Assembly: GCA_963713045.1 (NCBI GenBank)
Contig: CAVQKE010000003.1
Coordinates: 416,001-480,000, forward strand
Source: an uncultured delta proteobacterium
Lineage (GTDB): Bacteria > Myxococcota > Myxococcia > Myxococcales > Myxococcaceae
Length of the DNA stretch: 64,000 nt
Direction of reading: 5' to 3'
Notes under the pieces: model-generated
The model's input: the letters and a program-made list of their open reading frames with translations, nothing else
Told to the model about the DNA's origin: nothing
The model's database searches: none
Translations under genes and position numbers: made by a program
Shown here: positions 1 to 9,460 of the stretch, one piece after another
How the letters are laid out: every line of letters begins with the position of its first letter
Position numbering within the stretch: the stretch's first letter is position 1

Positions 1-41
1 CTGCAGCGGGTCGAGTAGAGCCCGACGGGAAACCCGCCCCG

Positions 42-938
42 TCAGCGGCCGCCGCTCCTGAGGTAGGTCAAGTCGTAAAGCACATCCCACCTCCGACCAC
101 CGTCCTTGGACGTCTCCTCCAGCTGGCGGACGTGCCCACCGGGCTGTTTGGAGAAGGTGATGCGCCACTTCAGCTGTGCACCCCGACGGGTCGCAGCATC
201 GGCGCGCAGCTGCAAGTCCCCGGTTCCTTCGTCAAAGCCACCGGTCAGGTACAGCGGGACGCCCTCCTGGTCGGTCCGCAGTTGCTCCCAGCGTCCTTGC
301 CCAGGGTTCCAGGCGCTGAGGCTCGCCCCTTCCCGGCCGTTCTCTGCCCGCCAATTTTCTTGAAGAGCGCAGCCGTCGAGAATGCGCTCCACTTGGCTGG
401 TCGCGACGGGGCTGCCGGCGCTGTCGACGACTTTCCACACGCCCAGCCAGAAGTCGAATCCCCGGTAGGGAGAGGCGGTTCCCCCTTGTTTGCATGGCGC
501 CCGGTTGGCTTCCAACTCGGCGGAGACCTTCTGAAAACGCGGGTCTGAGACCAGCCGAGCGAAGGCCTTTTCTTGGGCCGGCGGTGGCCCCGGCGGGTAG
601 AAGTCTTCCTCGTTGAGCGACTCGAGAATCGAGAGTGCGCGCCCGGAGTCCCCCTGAAGTGCGCTGGCCTGGGCGAGCTGATACTCAGCCAGCTCCCGGT
701 TGACGCCCAGCTTCTCCGCCTTCTCCAGAGGAGGAATGGCATCGGCGCCCCTTCCGAGTTGCACCAACGAGATGCCCAGGCGCAGCCAGGCGAGGCCGTT
801 GTCCGGCGTCTCTTGGGTGACTTTCTGGTAGTCCTCGGCCGCCTTGGCCCAGGCGTGCTTCTGGAACGCGGCATCCGCCGCCTTGGTGTCGCCAGCCGTC
901 GTCCCGGCGGCGAGAAGGAGGAGGACGAGAGAGTGCAT
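42..938 (-). CDS. Secreted TPR-repeat protein with C-terminal beta-rich domain
   Basis: Signal-peptide-like start MHSLVLLLLAAG at ATG 938; TPR-like helices (AWLRLGISLVQLGRGADAIPPLEKA); C-terminal domain begins FDFWLGVW. Confidence 0.7.
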   Translation of the reverse strand: MHSLVLLLLAAGTTAGDTKAADAAFQKHAWAKAAEDYQKVTQETPDNGLAWLRLGISLVQLGRGADAIPPLEKAEKLGVNRELAEYQLAQASALQGDSGRALSILESLNEEDFYPPGPPPAQEKAFARLVSDPRFQKVSAELEANRAPCKQGGTASPYRGFDFWLGVWKVVDSAGSPVATSQVERILDGCALQENWRAENGREGASLSAWNPGQGRWEQLRTDQEGVPLYLTGGFDEGTGDLQLRADAATRRGAQLKWRITFSKQPGGHVRQLEETSKDGGRRWDVLYDLTYLRSGGR

Positions 939-1005
939 GGTGGGACAGGTTGTGCGGACCCGCGTCCCGGTGGGGGACTGGAGCAACGCCTCCAGCGTCG
1001 CTCGA

Positions 1006-2961
<1,956 letters not shown>

Positions 2962-2979
2962 GGCGAATACCCTCGCTGG

Positions 2980-3498
2980 TTACGAGCACTGCGTGGGAAG
3001 AGGAGGACAGGCTGGCGGGATGCAAAGGGCCGCCTGGTAGTTGAACCAGAACTGGCAGTTACACGCCACCGGAGTGGAGCCCAAGTAGCTGATTCGCATC
3101 ACCCCGTTGAAAGCACTCGCACTCACCGTCTCGCCGTCGAGGTGGTACTGGACGAAGCTGACCTGGCACAGCGTGCCATTCGCCTCCAGCAGCGGATTGG
3201 ATGCCGTGCCGTCGGCAAAAAAGACCTCCTTTGCGTACTGGTACTGCCCGACGAGCTCCACCGCGAGGCAGGTGGAATTGGACTGCTGTACCAGTGCAAA
3301 GCGAAGGTCGTCGCCGTCGTTTTGGTAGGACGCCTGCAAGACGGGCCCTCCGTCGGCGGCCAACCCACAGTCGTCGCGAATGACGTCCTGCGGCGAAATG
3401 GCAAAGACGTACGGACCCTGCTCCAGCTCGTGATTGCGCCCGCAACCCAGCCCCGCCAACAGAAGCATTGCCAGCAGGGTGCGCAGGTGTTGTCGCAA
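2980..3498 (-). CDS. Cys-rich putative lipoprotein
   Basis: Hydrophobic N-terminus ending LAGLGC (lipobox-like); several Cys; start is TTG 3498 or ATG 3468; ends 18 bp before the acs start. Confidence 0.65.
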   Translation of the reverse strand: MRQHLRTLLAMLLLAGLGCGRNHELEQGPYVFAISPQDVIRDDCGLAADGGPVLQASYQNDGDDLRFALVQQSNSTCLAVELVGQYQYAKEVFFADGTASNPLLEANGTLCQVSFVQYHLDGETVSASAFNGVMRISYLGSTPVACNCQFWFNYQAALCIPPACPPLPTQCS

Positions 3499-3676
3499 GG
3501 GATTGAAACAATAGGGAGAAGTCCCTGGGCGCGGCAATGGCCGGCAGCCCCGTTTGGCACTCACGCAGCGCGGCGAAGCCGCGTTACGCACAAGGCACCC
3601 CGGGCGCGGGCCTGGGCTTGGCCGCGCCCTTCCCGGGCGTAGGGAACGCCCCCTAGGCTTCTATGGCGAACGCCGC

Positions 3677-4714
3677 ATGCCAACCCTGCTTGCCCTCATC
3701 GCCCTCGGTGTCCTCGTTCTCATCCATGAGTTTGGTCATCTTTTGGCGGCGCGAGCAGTGGGGGCGCGCGCTGTCGTCTTCAGCATCGGCCTCGGACCGC
3801 CCCTCTACGCCTTTCGGGGCGCCGGACAGCGCTGGGTGCTGGGCGCCATTCCCTGGGGGGGGTGGCTCCGTCTGGAGGGCGAAAATCCCTACCAGCCCGC
3901 GTCGGCGCTTTCTGAAGTCACCTTTGCCGAATTGAGCCCGGCGCGCCGGGCGGTGGTGTTCCTCGCCGGCCCGGCGGCAAGCCTGCTTTTCGGCGTGCTC
4001 CTGCTGACCGCACTGCATGCGCATGGCACCTACGTCCCGGTACCAATGACGGTGGGCGCGGTGGAGCCAGGCTCCGAGGCAGCCCATGTGGCGCTGCGTC
4101 CAGGCGACGTCCTCGAGTCGGTGGATGGCGTTGCGGTTCAGCGTTGGGGCGCCCTCACCCGGGCCCTGGCGGCCCACGCCGGAGTGTCGGTGACGCTGGG
4201 CGTGCGCCGCGGCACGGCCCGCCTCTCGCTGGCCGTGACGCCCAGCGTGGACAGCGCCGGCCGCGCCCACATCGGCGTCAGCCAGCAGTACGCCTTCGCC
4301 CGGGAAACGTTGCCGCGCGCCTTTCTCGCTGCCCTCCGCCACAGCCAGCAGCTGCTTCGCCAGACGGCTGGCTGGGCGCTGCAGCTCTTCCGCGGGCCAG
4401 AGGCCACCGGGCAGCCTGGGGCCGGGGCGCAGCTGCTGCGACGGCTGGCCGCCATCGAAAACTTGGACGCACTCATTCGCGCGCTGGCAGCGGCCAGCCT
4501 TGCCCTGGGGCTCATCTACCTGGCGCCCTTGCCCGCGCTGGATGGCGGCCGGCTGCTGCTCACGGCCTGGGAGAGCTTCACTGGCCGTCCCCTCAACGCG
4601 CGCGTCCAGACGGCCCTGCAGCTTTTCAGCCTGCTGCTGGCTGTGGTTGCTGTGGGCTGGGTGGCGGTGGCCGAGCTGCGCCAGGCGCTGTCGGCAGCGA
4701 GCGGCCTCGGCTAG
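3677..4714 (+). CDS. M50 family site-2 metalloprotease (RseP-like, single PDZ)
   Basis: IHEFGH zinc motif, FSIGLGP, GGWLRL, one PDZ domain (LRPGDVLESVDG), PLPALDGG third ligand; ATG at 3677. Confidence 0.88.
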   Translation: MPTLLALIALGVLVLIHEFGHLLAARAVGARAVVFSIGLGPPLYAFRGAGQRWVLGAIPWGGWLRLEGENPYQPASALSEVTFAELSPARRAVVFLAGPAASLLFGVLLLTALHAHGTYVPVPMTVGAVEPGSEAAHVALRPGDVLESVDGVAVQRWGALTRALAAHAGVSVTLGVRRGTARLSLAVTPSVDSAGRAHIGVSQQYAFARETLPRAFLAALRHSQQLLRQTAGWALQLFRGPEATGQPGAGAQLLRRLAAIENLDALIRALAAASLALGLIYLAPLPALDGGRLLLTAWESFTGRPLNARVQTALQLFSLLLAVVAVGWVAVAELRQALSAASGLG

Positions 4715-5382
4715 GGCCCGAGTCCCACCCAGCTCTCCCCGTTCAGGTACGTCTCCCGCTTCCAAATGGGCGCGTCCAGCTTCAGCCGCTCAATAGCAAA
4801 GCGGCACGCCTCGAAGGCCTCCGCCCGGTGGGGTGCCGCGGCGGCGATGCAGACGGCGACGTCCCCTGGCAAAAGGACCCCCACCCGGTGGACAATGGCC
4901 AAACGGACGCCGGGCCAGCGCTCTTCCGCCTGGCGCCCGACGTCGGCCAGCACGCGCTCCGCCATGGCGACGTAGGCCTCGTAGGTCAGCCTCACCACCT
5001 GCTGCCCGCGGCTCTCCTCGCGAACCAAGCCGGTGAAGGTCACCACGCCGCCACGCGCCTCATGCCGCACCGCGGCCACCACTTCCTCCAGGGTGGGCGG
5101 GCGGTCCACCACGCGGAAGAGCCCGGCCCCACCGGCGACGGGGGGGATGAGGGCCACCTCTGCGCCCTCGGGGACCAACTCCTCCAGCTGGACGAAGGCT
5201 TGGTTGACCGCCACCCGAAGGTGGGGAAAGAGGGGTCGAAGCTGCGGGTGGCGTTGCCCCAACACCTCAAGCAGCGCCCGCACCGTCCCAGGGGGCGGCA
5301 CCTCCGGCAGCTGTTCCTGCGCGACCCCCGCCCGTTCGCGGGCGGCAGCGAAGTAGAGGACGGACAGGGGCACGGGAGGCAC
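4711..5382 (-). CDS. moaE: Molybdopterin synthase MoaD-MoaE fusion
   Basis: N-terminal ubiquitin-like MoaD (VLYFAAARE...ALIPPVAGG) fused to MoaE (FTGLVR, HRVG, HRAEAF, APIWKRE). Confidence 0.92.
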   Translation of the reverse strand: MPPVPLSVLYFAAARERAGVAQEQLPEVPPPGTVRALLEVLGQRHPQLRPLFPHLRVAVNQAFVQLEELVPEGAEVALIPPVAGGAGLFRVVDRPPTLEEVVAAVRHEARGGVVTFTGLVREESRGQQVVRLTYEAYVAMAERVLADVGRQAEERWPGVRLAIVHRVGVLLPGDVAVCIAAAAPHRAEAFEACRFAIERLKLDAPIWKRETYLNGESWVGLGP

Positions 5383-6083
5383 TAAAACTCGAAGGCGATG
5401 CCAAAAGTAAAGTACGCCGCGCCCAGGTTGATGCCTGCCGCGCCGAAGTTGTTGGCAAAGTCGTCGTTGAATTCGCCGAAAAGGTAGAAGTGGAAGATGC
5501 CCGAGTCTTCCCTCGCCTCACGGGCGTAGGTGGGGTTGAGGAAGTCCAACTCGAGGGCCAGGCCCAGCGTGAAGCCCCAGCCCCATCGGACGCCGGAGCC
5601 CTTTTCGCCGTTGACGATTTCGACCGAACCGCCCTTGTTGGTCCACCACGGGTAGCAAACACCGCCCAGCATGGCGTAGGGGACGAGGGGGATATGGTAC
5701 AGGTGCGCGAGGACGTCATAGCGGTAGACGGCCATCAGGCGAATGGGGAGAACAATCAGCCCGGTCGACTCCCCCGAGGGCGTCCCGTCCGCCAGCAGGG
5801 CCTTCGCGTACTTCTCCCCGTAGCCCACCGAGAAGGCGATGCCCAGGTAGCCGTACTTGTGCCAGAAGGAACGGTCGACTTCGACTTCGCCCAACAGCAT
5901 GTCCGAGTTGCCGAAGGTCTGGACATAGGGGTTTCCCATCACCCCCGGCGATTCATTGACCCGCGGCTGGTAGAAGCCCAGCTTCAACTCCAAGATGGTG
6001 GTGTTGGGCAGCGGCGGAGGCTCGCCGTCGGCGAACGCGTGACCAGCAAACAAGACGACCGAGAAGACGAGGGCTTTCCTCAC
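5382..6083 (-). CDS. Outer-membrane beta-barrel protein (resembles MXAN_2562 family)
   Basis: GTG at 6083 overlaps the upstream stop (GTGA); signal peptide ending AFA; amphipathic strands; C-terminal BAM-type YFTFGIAFEF. Confidence 0.8.
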   Translation of the reverse strand: MRKALVFSVVLFAGHAFADGEPPPLPNTTILELKLGFYQPRVNESPGVMGNPYVQTFGNSDMLLGEVEVDRSFWHKYGYLGIAFSVGYGEKYAKALLADGTPSGESTGLIVLPIRLMAVYRYDVLAHLYHIPLVPYAMLGGVCYPWWTNKGGSVEIVNGEKGSGVRWGWGFTLGLALELDFLNPTYAREAREDSGIFHFYLFGEFNDDFANNFGAAGINLGAAYFTFGIAFEF

Positions 6084-7030
6084 CCCCGCCTCCGCGCCAC
6101 CCCGAACACCAGCAAGGCCGTGGTGAAGGCCAGGGCGGAGGGCGCGCCGCCCGCCGCACTGCCACAACCACCCGGCTGGCCGCCGTCGTTGAGGTAGTTC
6201 GCGTAGAAGCCGTAAGTCAACACCGGCGTGCCCGGCGTGGGCGCCGAAGGGGGACTCATGTTGCTGGCCTCATCCACACTGACGCCCACCACGTAGTAGT
6301 TGGTGCCGTCGACCAGGTTGCTGATGGTGCACTTGCTGTTGGTGGTCGAGATTTGGCCACAGCCGCTGTTGAAGTAGGTGCCTGCATCTCCGTCCGGGAA
6401 TGCCAGGGCATACTGCGCCGTAAAGTAGAGCAGCGTGTCGCTGGGGTCGCCCGGGGCAAGGTTAAGGCCGAGCTTCGTGTCCAGTGGCGTGACGCTGACA
6501 ATGGGAGCGATGGGCGGGATGTTGTCGTAGCGCATGTTGACCGGCTGCGCCGTCGGTGACGACCCGTTGCACATTCCACCCACCGCCGCGATGGTCACCC
6601 CCGCGCATAAATAGTTGGTGAAGTCATTCACCGAGCCGCAGGTGAACCCGCCTCCGTCGGGGAGGCTGACGAAGCCCGGCAGAGAATTGAAGGGGAAGGT
6701 GAACGTGCCGCTGGACGTCCCGGCCGTCAGGTCCCCCGCCTGGACGGTTTGCACGGTGACGTCAGGAGGGACGTTGGTGGTATTGGGAGCCGTCCCACAG
6801 CTGGTGGTGGTGAGCCAAATGTAGAGCGGGGTACAGGCGCCGGTGAGGCCGGTGCCGGCCCAAGCGACGCCGACCTGGTTGGCACATGCGCTGCCGTTGA
6901 GAGCCAGCGTGCTGGTGACGGTGCCCCCGCTGCCGCTGACCGAGTTGGTCGCGCCGTTGACGGTGAGCGCGATGGTTTGTGCGGAAGCGAGGGCCGGCAA
7001 CAGCAGCAGCGCAGCGAGGAATGGGCGCAT
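6080..7030 (-). CDS. MYXO-CTERM-anchored surface protein with fibronectin-III-like domain (resembles MXAN_2561 family)
   Basis: Sec signal MRPFLAALLLLPALASA; Thr/Gly/Cys-rich body; FN3-like TISNLVDGTNYYVVGVSVDEASNMS; C-terminus GGC + hydrophobic helix + RRRG matches MYXO-CTERM. Confidence 0.85.
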   Translation of the reverse strand: MRPFLAALLLLPALASAQTIALTVNGATNSVSGSGGTVTSTLALNGSACANQVGVAWAGTGLTGACTPLYIWLTTTSCGTAPNTTNVPPDVTVQTVQAGDLTAGTSSGTFTFPFNSLPGFVSLPDGGGFTCGSVNDFTNYLCAGVTIAAVGGMCNGSSPTAQPVNMRYDNIPPIAPIVSVTPLDTKLGLNLAPGDPSDTLLYFTAQYALAFPDGDAGTYFNSGCGQISTTNSKCTISNLVDGTNYYVVGVSVDEASNMSPPSAPTPGTPVLTYGFYANYLNDGGQPGGCGSAAGGAPSALAFTTALLVFGVARRRG

Positions 7031-7048
7031 AGGGACGGTCGCGGCAAT

Positions 7049-7065
7049 AGCAAGGCCGAGGCCAG
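7049..7065 (-). promoter_or_regulatory. Putative sigma54 (-24/-12) promoter of the MYXO-CTERM/beta-barrel/moaDE unit
   Basis: Minus strand reads CTGGCCTCGGCCTTGCT (TGGC-N7-TTGCT), 18 bp upstream of ATG 7030. Confidence 0.6.
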
Positions 7066-7137
7066 CTTGTCCCACCCCTCTGCCGGCCTAGAAGCCCCTG
7101 CAGATGCGCCACCGGGGCAGGGCTGGGCGAAGTTGAG

Positions 7138-7150
7138 TGTCAAATTGTCA
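7138..7150. promoter_or_regulatory. Putative enhancer-binding-protein site (TGACA-N3-TGTCA-like)
   Basis: TGTCAAATTGTCA (minus strand TGACAATTTGACA); one mismatch from the palindrome; about 75 bp upstream of the -24 element. Confidence 0.5.
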
Positions 7151-7252
7151 AGCGGGCCACTCCTCCGAAGGCCCCACCGCCCCTCCCCGGCCGCCGCAAG
7201 ACGGGGGAATGGAGGCGGCAACTCCGCTGCCAGGCGCCCCCGCGTCCGCTTT

Positions 7253-8284
7253 CTAGTGCGCAAGGGCGCGCGCCATGAGTTGCGTGCCAGCCTCGAGCGC
7301 AGCACGCCCCACCAGCGCAGGCCCATCCACCGCCACCACCAGCTCAAGCGCGTCCGGCCGGCCGGCGGACGCCCGCACCCGTCCGACGAGGACGGAGGCA
7401 TCGGAGTTCACCAGCATCGGCATCGGGTAGATGCGCTCGACCGGGGCGTCCAGCAGCTTGAGGCCCTGCACCGCGCGAAGCACCTCCCGCACCTCTGCAG
7501 GCCCGGCTGGCTTCGCCAGTCGCACTTGCAGCGCCAACAAGGCGCCATGGAAGACGGGCACCAGCACCGCGGTGCCGTCCAGCGGCGGTGCCCCCGGCCC
7601 CCACAGCAGCGTCACCTCTGCGCGCCAGCTCAACTCTTCCAACGTCCCGCCACTCGCTTCGCTGAAGGGGCCCACCTGCGGCACCAAGTTGAAGGCCAGC
7701 CGATGGGGGAAGTGGGTCGGCTCGAGCTCACGGCCACTGAGCAGCTGGGCCGTCGTTTGTTCAAGTTCAGTGAGGCCTCGTGCTCCGGCGGAGGAGGCCC
7801 CCAGCAGCGCGGTGACGTGGGCCTCGACCACCCCGTAGGCTGCCCGCAGCGGCTCCAGGGTGCGCAATGCGCCCAGGGCCACGGCACCTGGCACCCTGAC
7901 CAGCCGGCCGGAGAAAGGCCGCAGGAGCCCGTCCCCCCGAAAGCCGGGGGCAGCCAAGGGCACCGAGAGTTCCGAGAGAAAGGCACGACTCGTGTCCACC
8001 ACCCAGGCCCCCGCCTTCTGTGCTTCTGGGGCCAGCGACCGGGCCACCTCCGCCGGCACGGCGAGCACCACCAGCGCCTGCCCCCGAAAGGACTCCTCGC
8101 TGGCAGCCTCCACCTCCAGGGAGGTGTGCCCGTAGGCAACCTCAACGCCCACCGAGCGCTCGCTGGCCAGGGCGGTGACGGCCGTCTCTGGGTGGTTCTC
8201 CTCGGCCAGCGCGGCCAGCACCTCTCTGCCCACCAGCCCGGTGGCTCCCACCACGGCAACAGACCACTTGCTCTCCATCGTCAT
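7253..8284 (-). CDS. Aspartate-semialdehyde dehydrogenase homologue, apparently catalytically degenerate (Usg-like)
   Basis: VAVVGATGLVG Rossmann motif, LAFNLVPQVG, VPVFHG, VLVGRVR; no NPNCST catalytic Cys; ATG 8284 overlaps the tsaB stop. Confidence 0.85.
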   Translation of the reverse strand: MTMESKWSVAVVGATGLVGREVLAALAEENHPETAVTALASERSVGVEVAYGHTSLEVEAASEESFRGQALVVLAVPAEVARSLAPEAQKAGAWVVDTSRAFLSELSVPLAAPGFRGDGLLRPFSGRLVRVPGAVALGALRTLEPLRAAYGVVEAHVTALLGASSAGARGLTELEQTTAQLLSGRELEPTHFPHRLAFNLVPQVGPFSEASGGTLEELSWRAEVTLLWGPGAPPLDGTAVLVPVFHGALLALQVRLAKPAGPAEVREVLRAVQGLKLLDAPVERIYPMPMLVNSDASVLVGRVRASAGRPDALELVVAVDGPALVGRAALEAGTQLMARALAH

Positions 8285-9012
8285 TCCTCTTCGCCCCGAA
8301 TGCGGGCGGCCGGCGCCGGCCCGGGCAAGGGTGGAAACTTCGGGTTGCGCTCGGCCTCCGAGGCGCGGAGGTAGTGTGGCTCGAGGGCAAACAGTGCCTC
8401 GGCGACGAATGTCTCCGGGACACGCGCCAGCCGCGCCACTGCCCAGGCCGACGGGAAGGCCGGGCCCGGCAGCAATTGGTCGGGAGCAGCACCTTCCCGC
8501 AGCAAGCTGTCTCGGACTTCGAGCGCCGCCGGCCCCAGGGCCCGCGCCTCGGGGTGGGCCCGGAGATACGCGCCGAGCTGGGCCGGCGTCCAGGCTTCCT
8601 CCGGCCCGCTTGGCAGGAGGCCGTCGCCCTCGCGTCGGTAGTGGCCGACGTAAAGCTCGCCCTTGCGCGCCACCATGGCAGCCACCAGCGGCGTTTGGGG
8701 CGGCCCCTGCAGCGCCAAAGCTCCAAGCGAGGACGTTCCACCCACCGGGCGCCGGTGGGCATAGGCCAGCGCCTTGACCGTCGCCAGGCCGATGCGCAGC
8801 CCGGTAAAGGAGCCTGGGCCCAAGCCGACGGCGTAGCCAGTCACGTCCGAGAGGGCCAGCCCGTGGCGTGAAAGCAGCTCGCTGAGGGCCCCGGGCAGCA
8901 TTTCGCTTTGCTTGCGCGGCGGCGGGTGCGACTCCTCGGCCAGAAGCATCGGTCCCGGGCCGACCAGCGCGAGGGAGAGTGTCAGAGTGGAGGTGTCCAG
9001 GGCGAGGAGCAT
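8281..9012 (-). CDS. tsaB: tRNA t6A biosynthesis protein TsaB
   Basis: MLLALDTS start, GLGPGSFTGLRIG signature, LEPHYLRASEAE; own ATG at 9012 with a G-rich RBS; in frame with upstream rlpA. Confidence 0.92.
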   Translation of the reverse strand: MLLALDTSTLTLSLALVGPGPMLLAEESHPPPRKQSEMLPGALSELLSRHGLALSDVTGYAVGLGPGSFTGLRIGLATVKALAYAHRRPVGGTSSLGALALQGPPQTPLVAAMVARKGELYVGHYRREGDGLLPSGPEEAWTPAQLGAYLRAHPEARALGPAALEVRDSLLREGAAPDQLLPGPAFPSAWAVARLARVPETFVAEALFALEPHYLRASEAERNPKFPPLPGPAPAARIRGEEE

Positions 9013-9450
9013 TCCGTTGCCCCCCTCCCATGCGCCTAGCGGTGCCAGCGAGGCAAGCGTTTCCACCGTTTGAGGAGCAGCCGCGACAGGGCACAGGCTG
9101 AGCCGGACGCGGACCACGCCCCGGCCCACCATCTGCAATGCTCGTGCTGCCGCCTCGGAGACGTCCAAGACACGCCCCGCGGCGAAGGGGCCCCGGTCAT
9201 TGATGCGAACCTCCACGCTGCGCCCGCTCTCCACCACGGTGACGCGGACACAGGTCCCGAAAGCCAGCGTTCGGTGCGCAGCGGTGAAGGCCCCGGGCCG
9301 CAGCACTTCGCCGCTGGCGGTGCGACGCCCGTAGAGGCCGGGGCCGTAGTAGGAGGCGTCGCCTTCCTCCAGCACCCTGGCTTCCGGCTGGGCGTTGTGG
9401 GCACACCCGGCCAGCAGAAGAACAAGGACGGCGGCCGCCAGCCGTCGCAA
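9013..9450 (-). CDS. rlpA: RlpA-family (DPBB) lipoprotein; no stop codon before tsaB in this sequence
   Basis: Lipobox LLAGC; ASYYG...TASGE...TAAHRTLAFGT...VRINDRGPF...LDVS. Confidence 0.88.
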
Positions 9451-9460
9451 GGGCCGCCGC

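Noticed and set aside
3554..3569. TTGGCACTCACGCAGC as a sigma54 promoter for the M50 protease
   Set aside because: The -24 element is good, but the -12 element is CAGC rather than TTGC and no upstream box is visible; too weak to call.
7253..9094. 613-aa ORF suggesting a long N-terminal extension on the Asd-like protein
   Set aside because: The extension is an alternative frame over tsaB; the real start is ATG 8284 with its own RBS.
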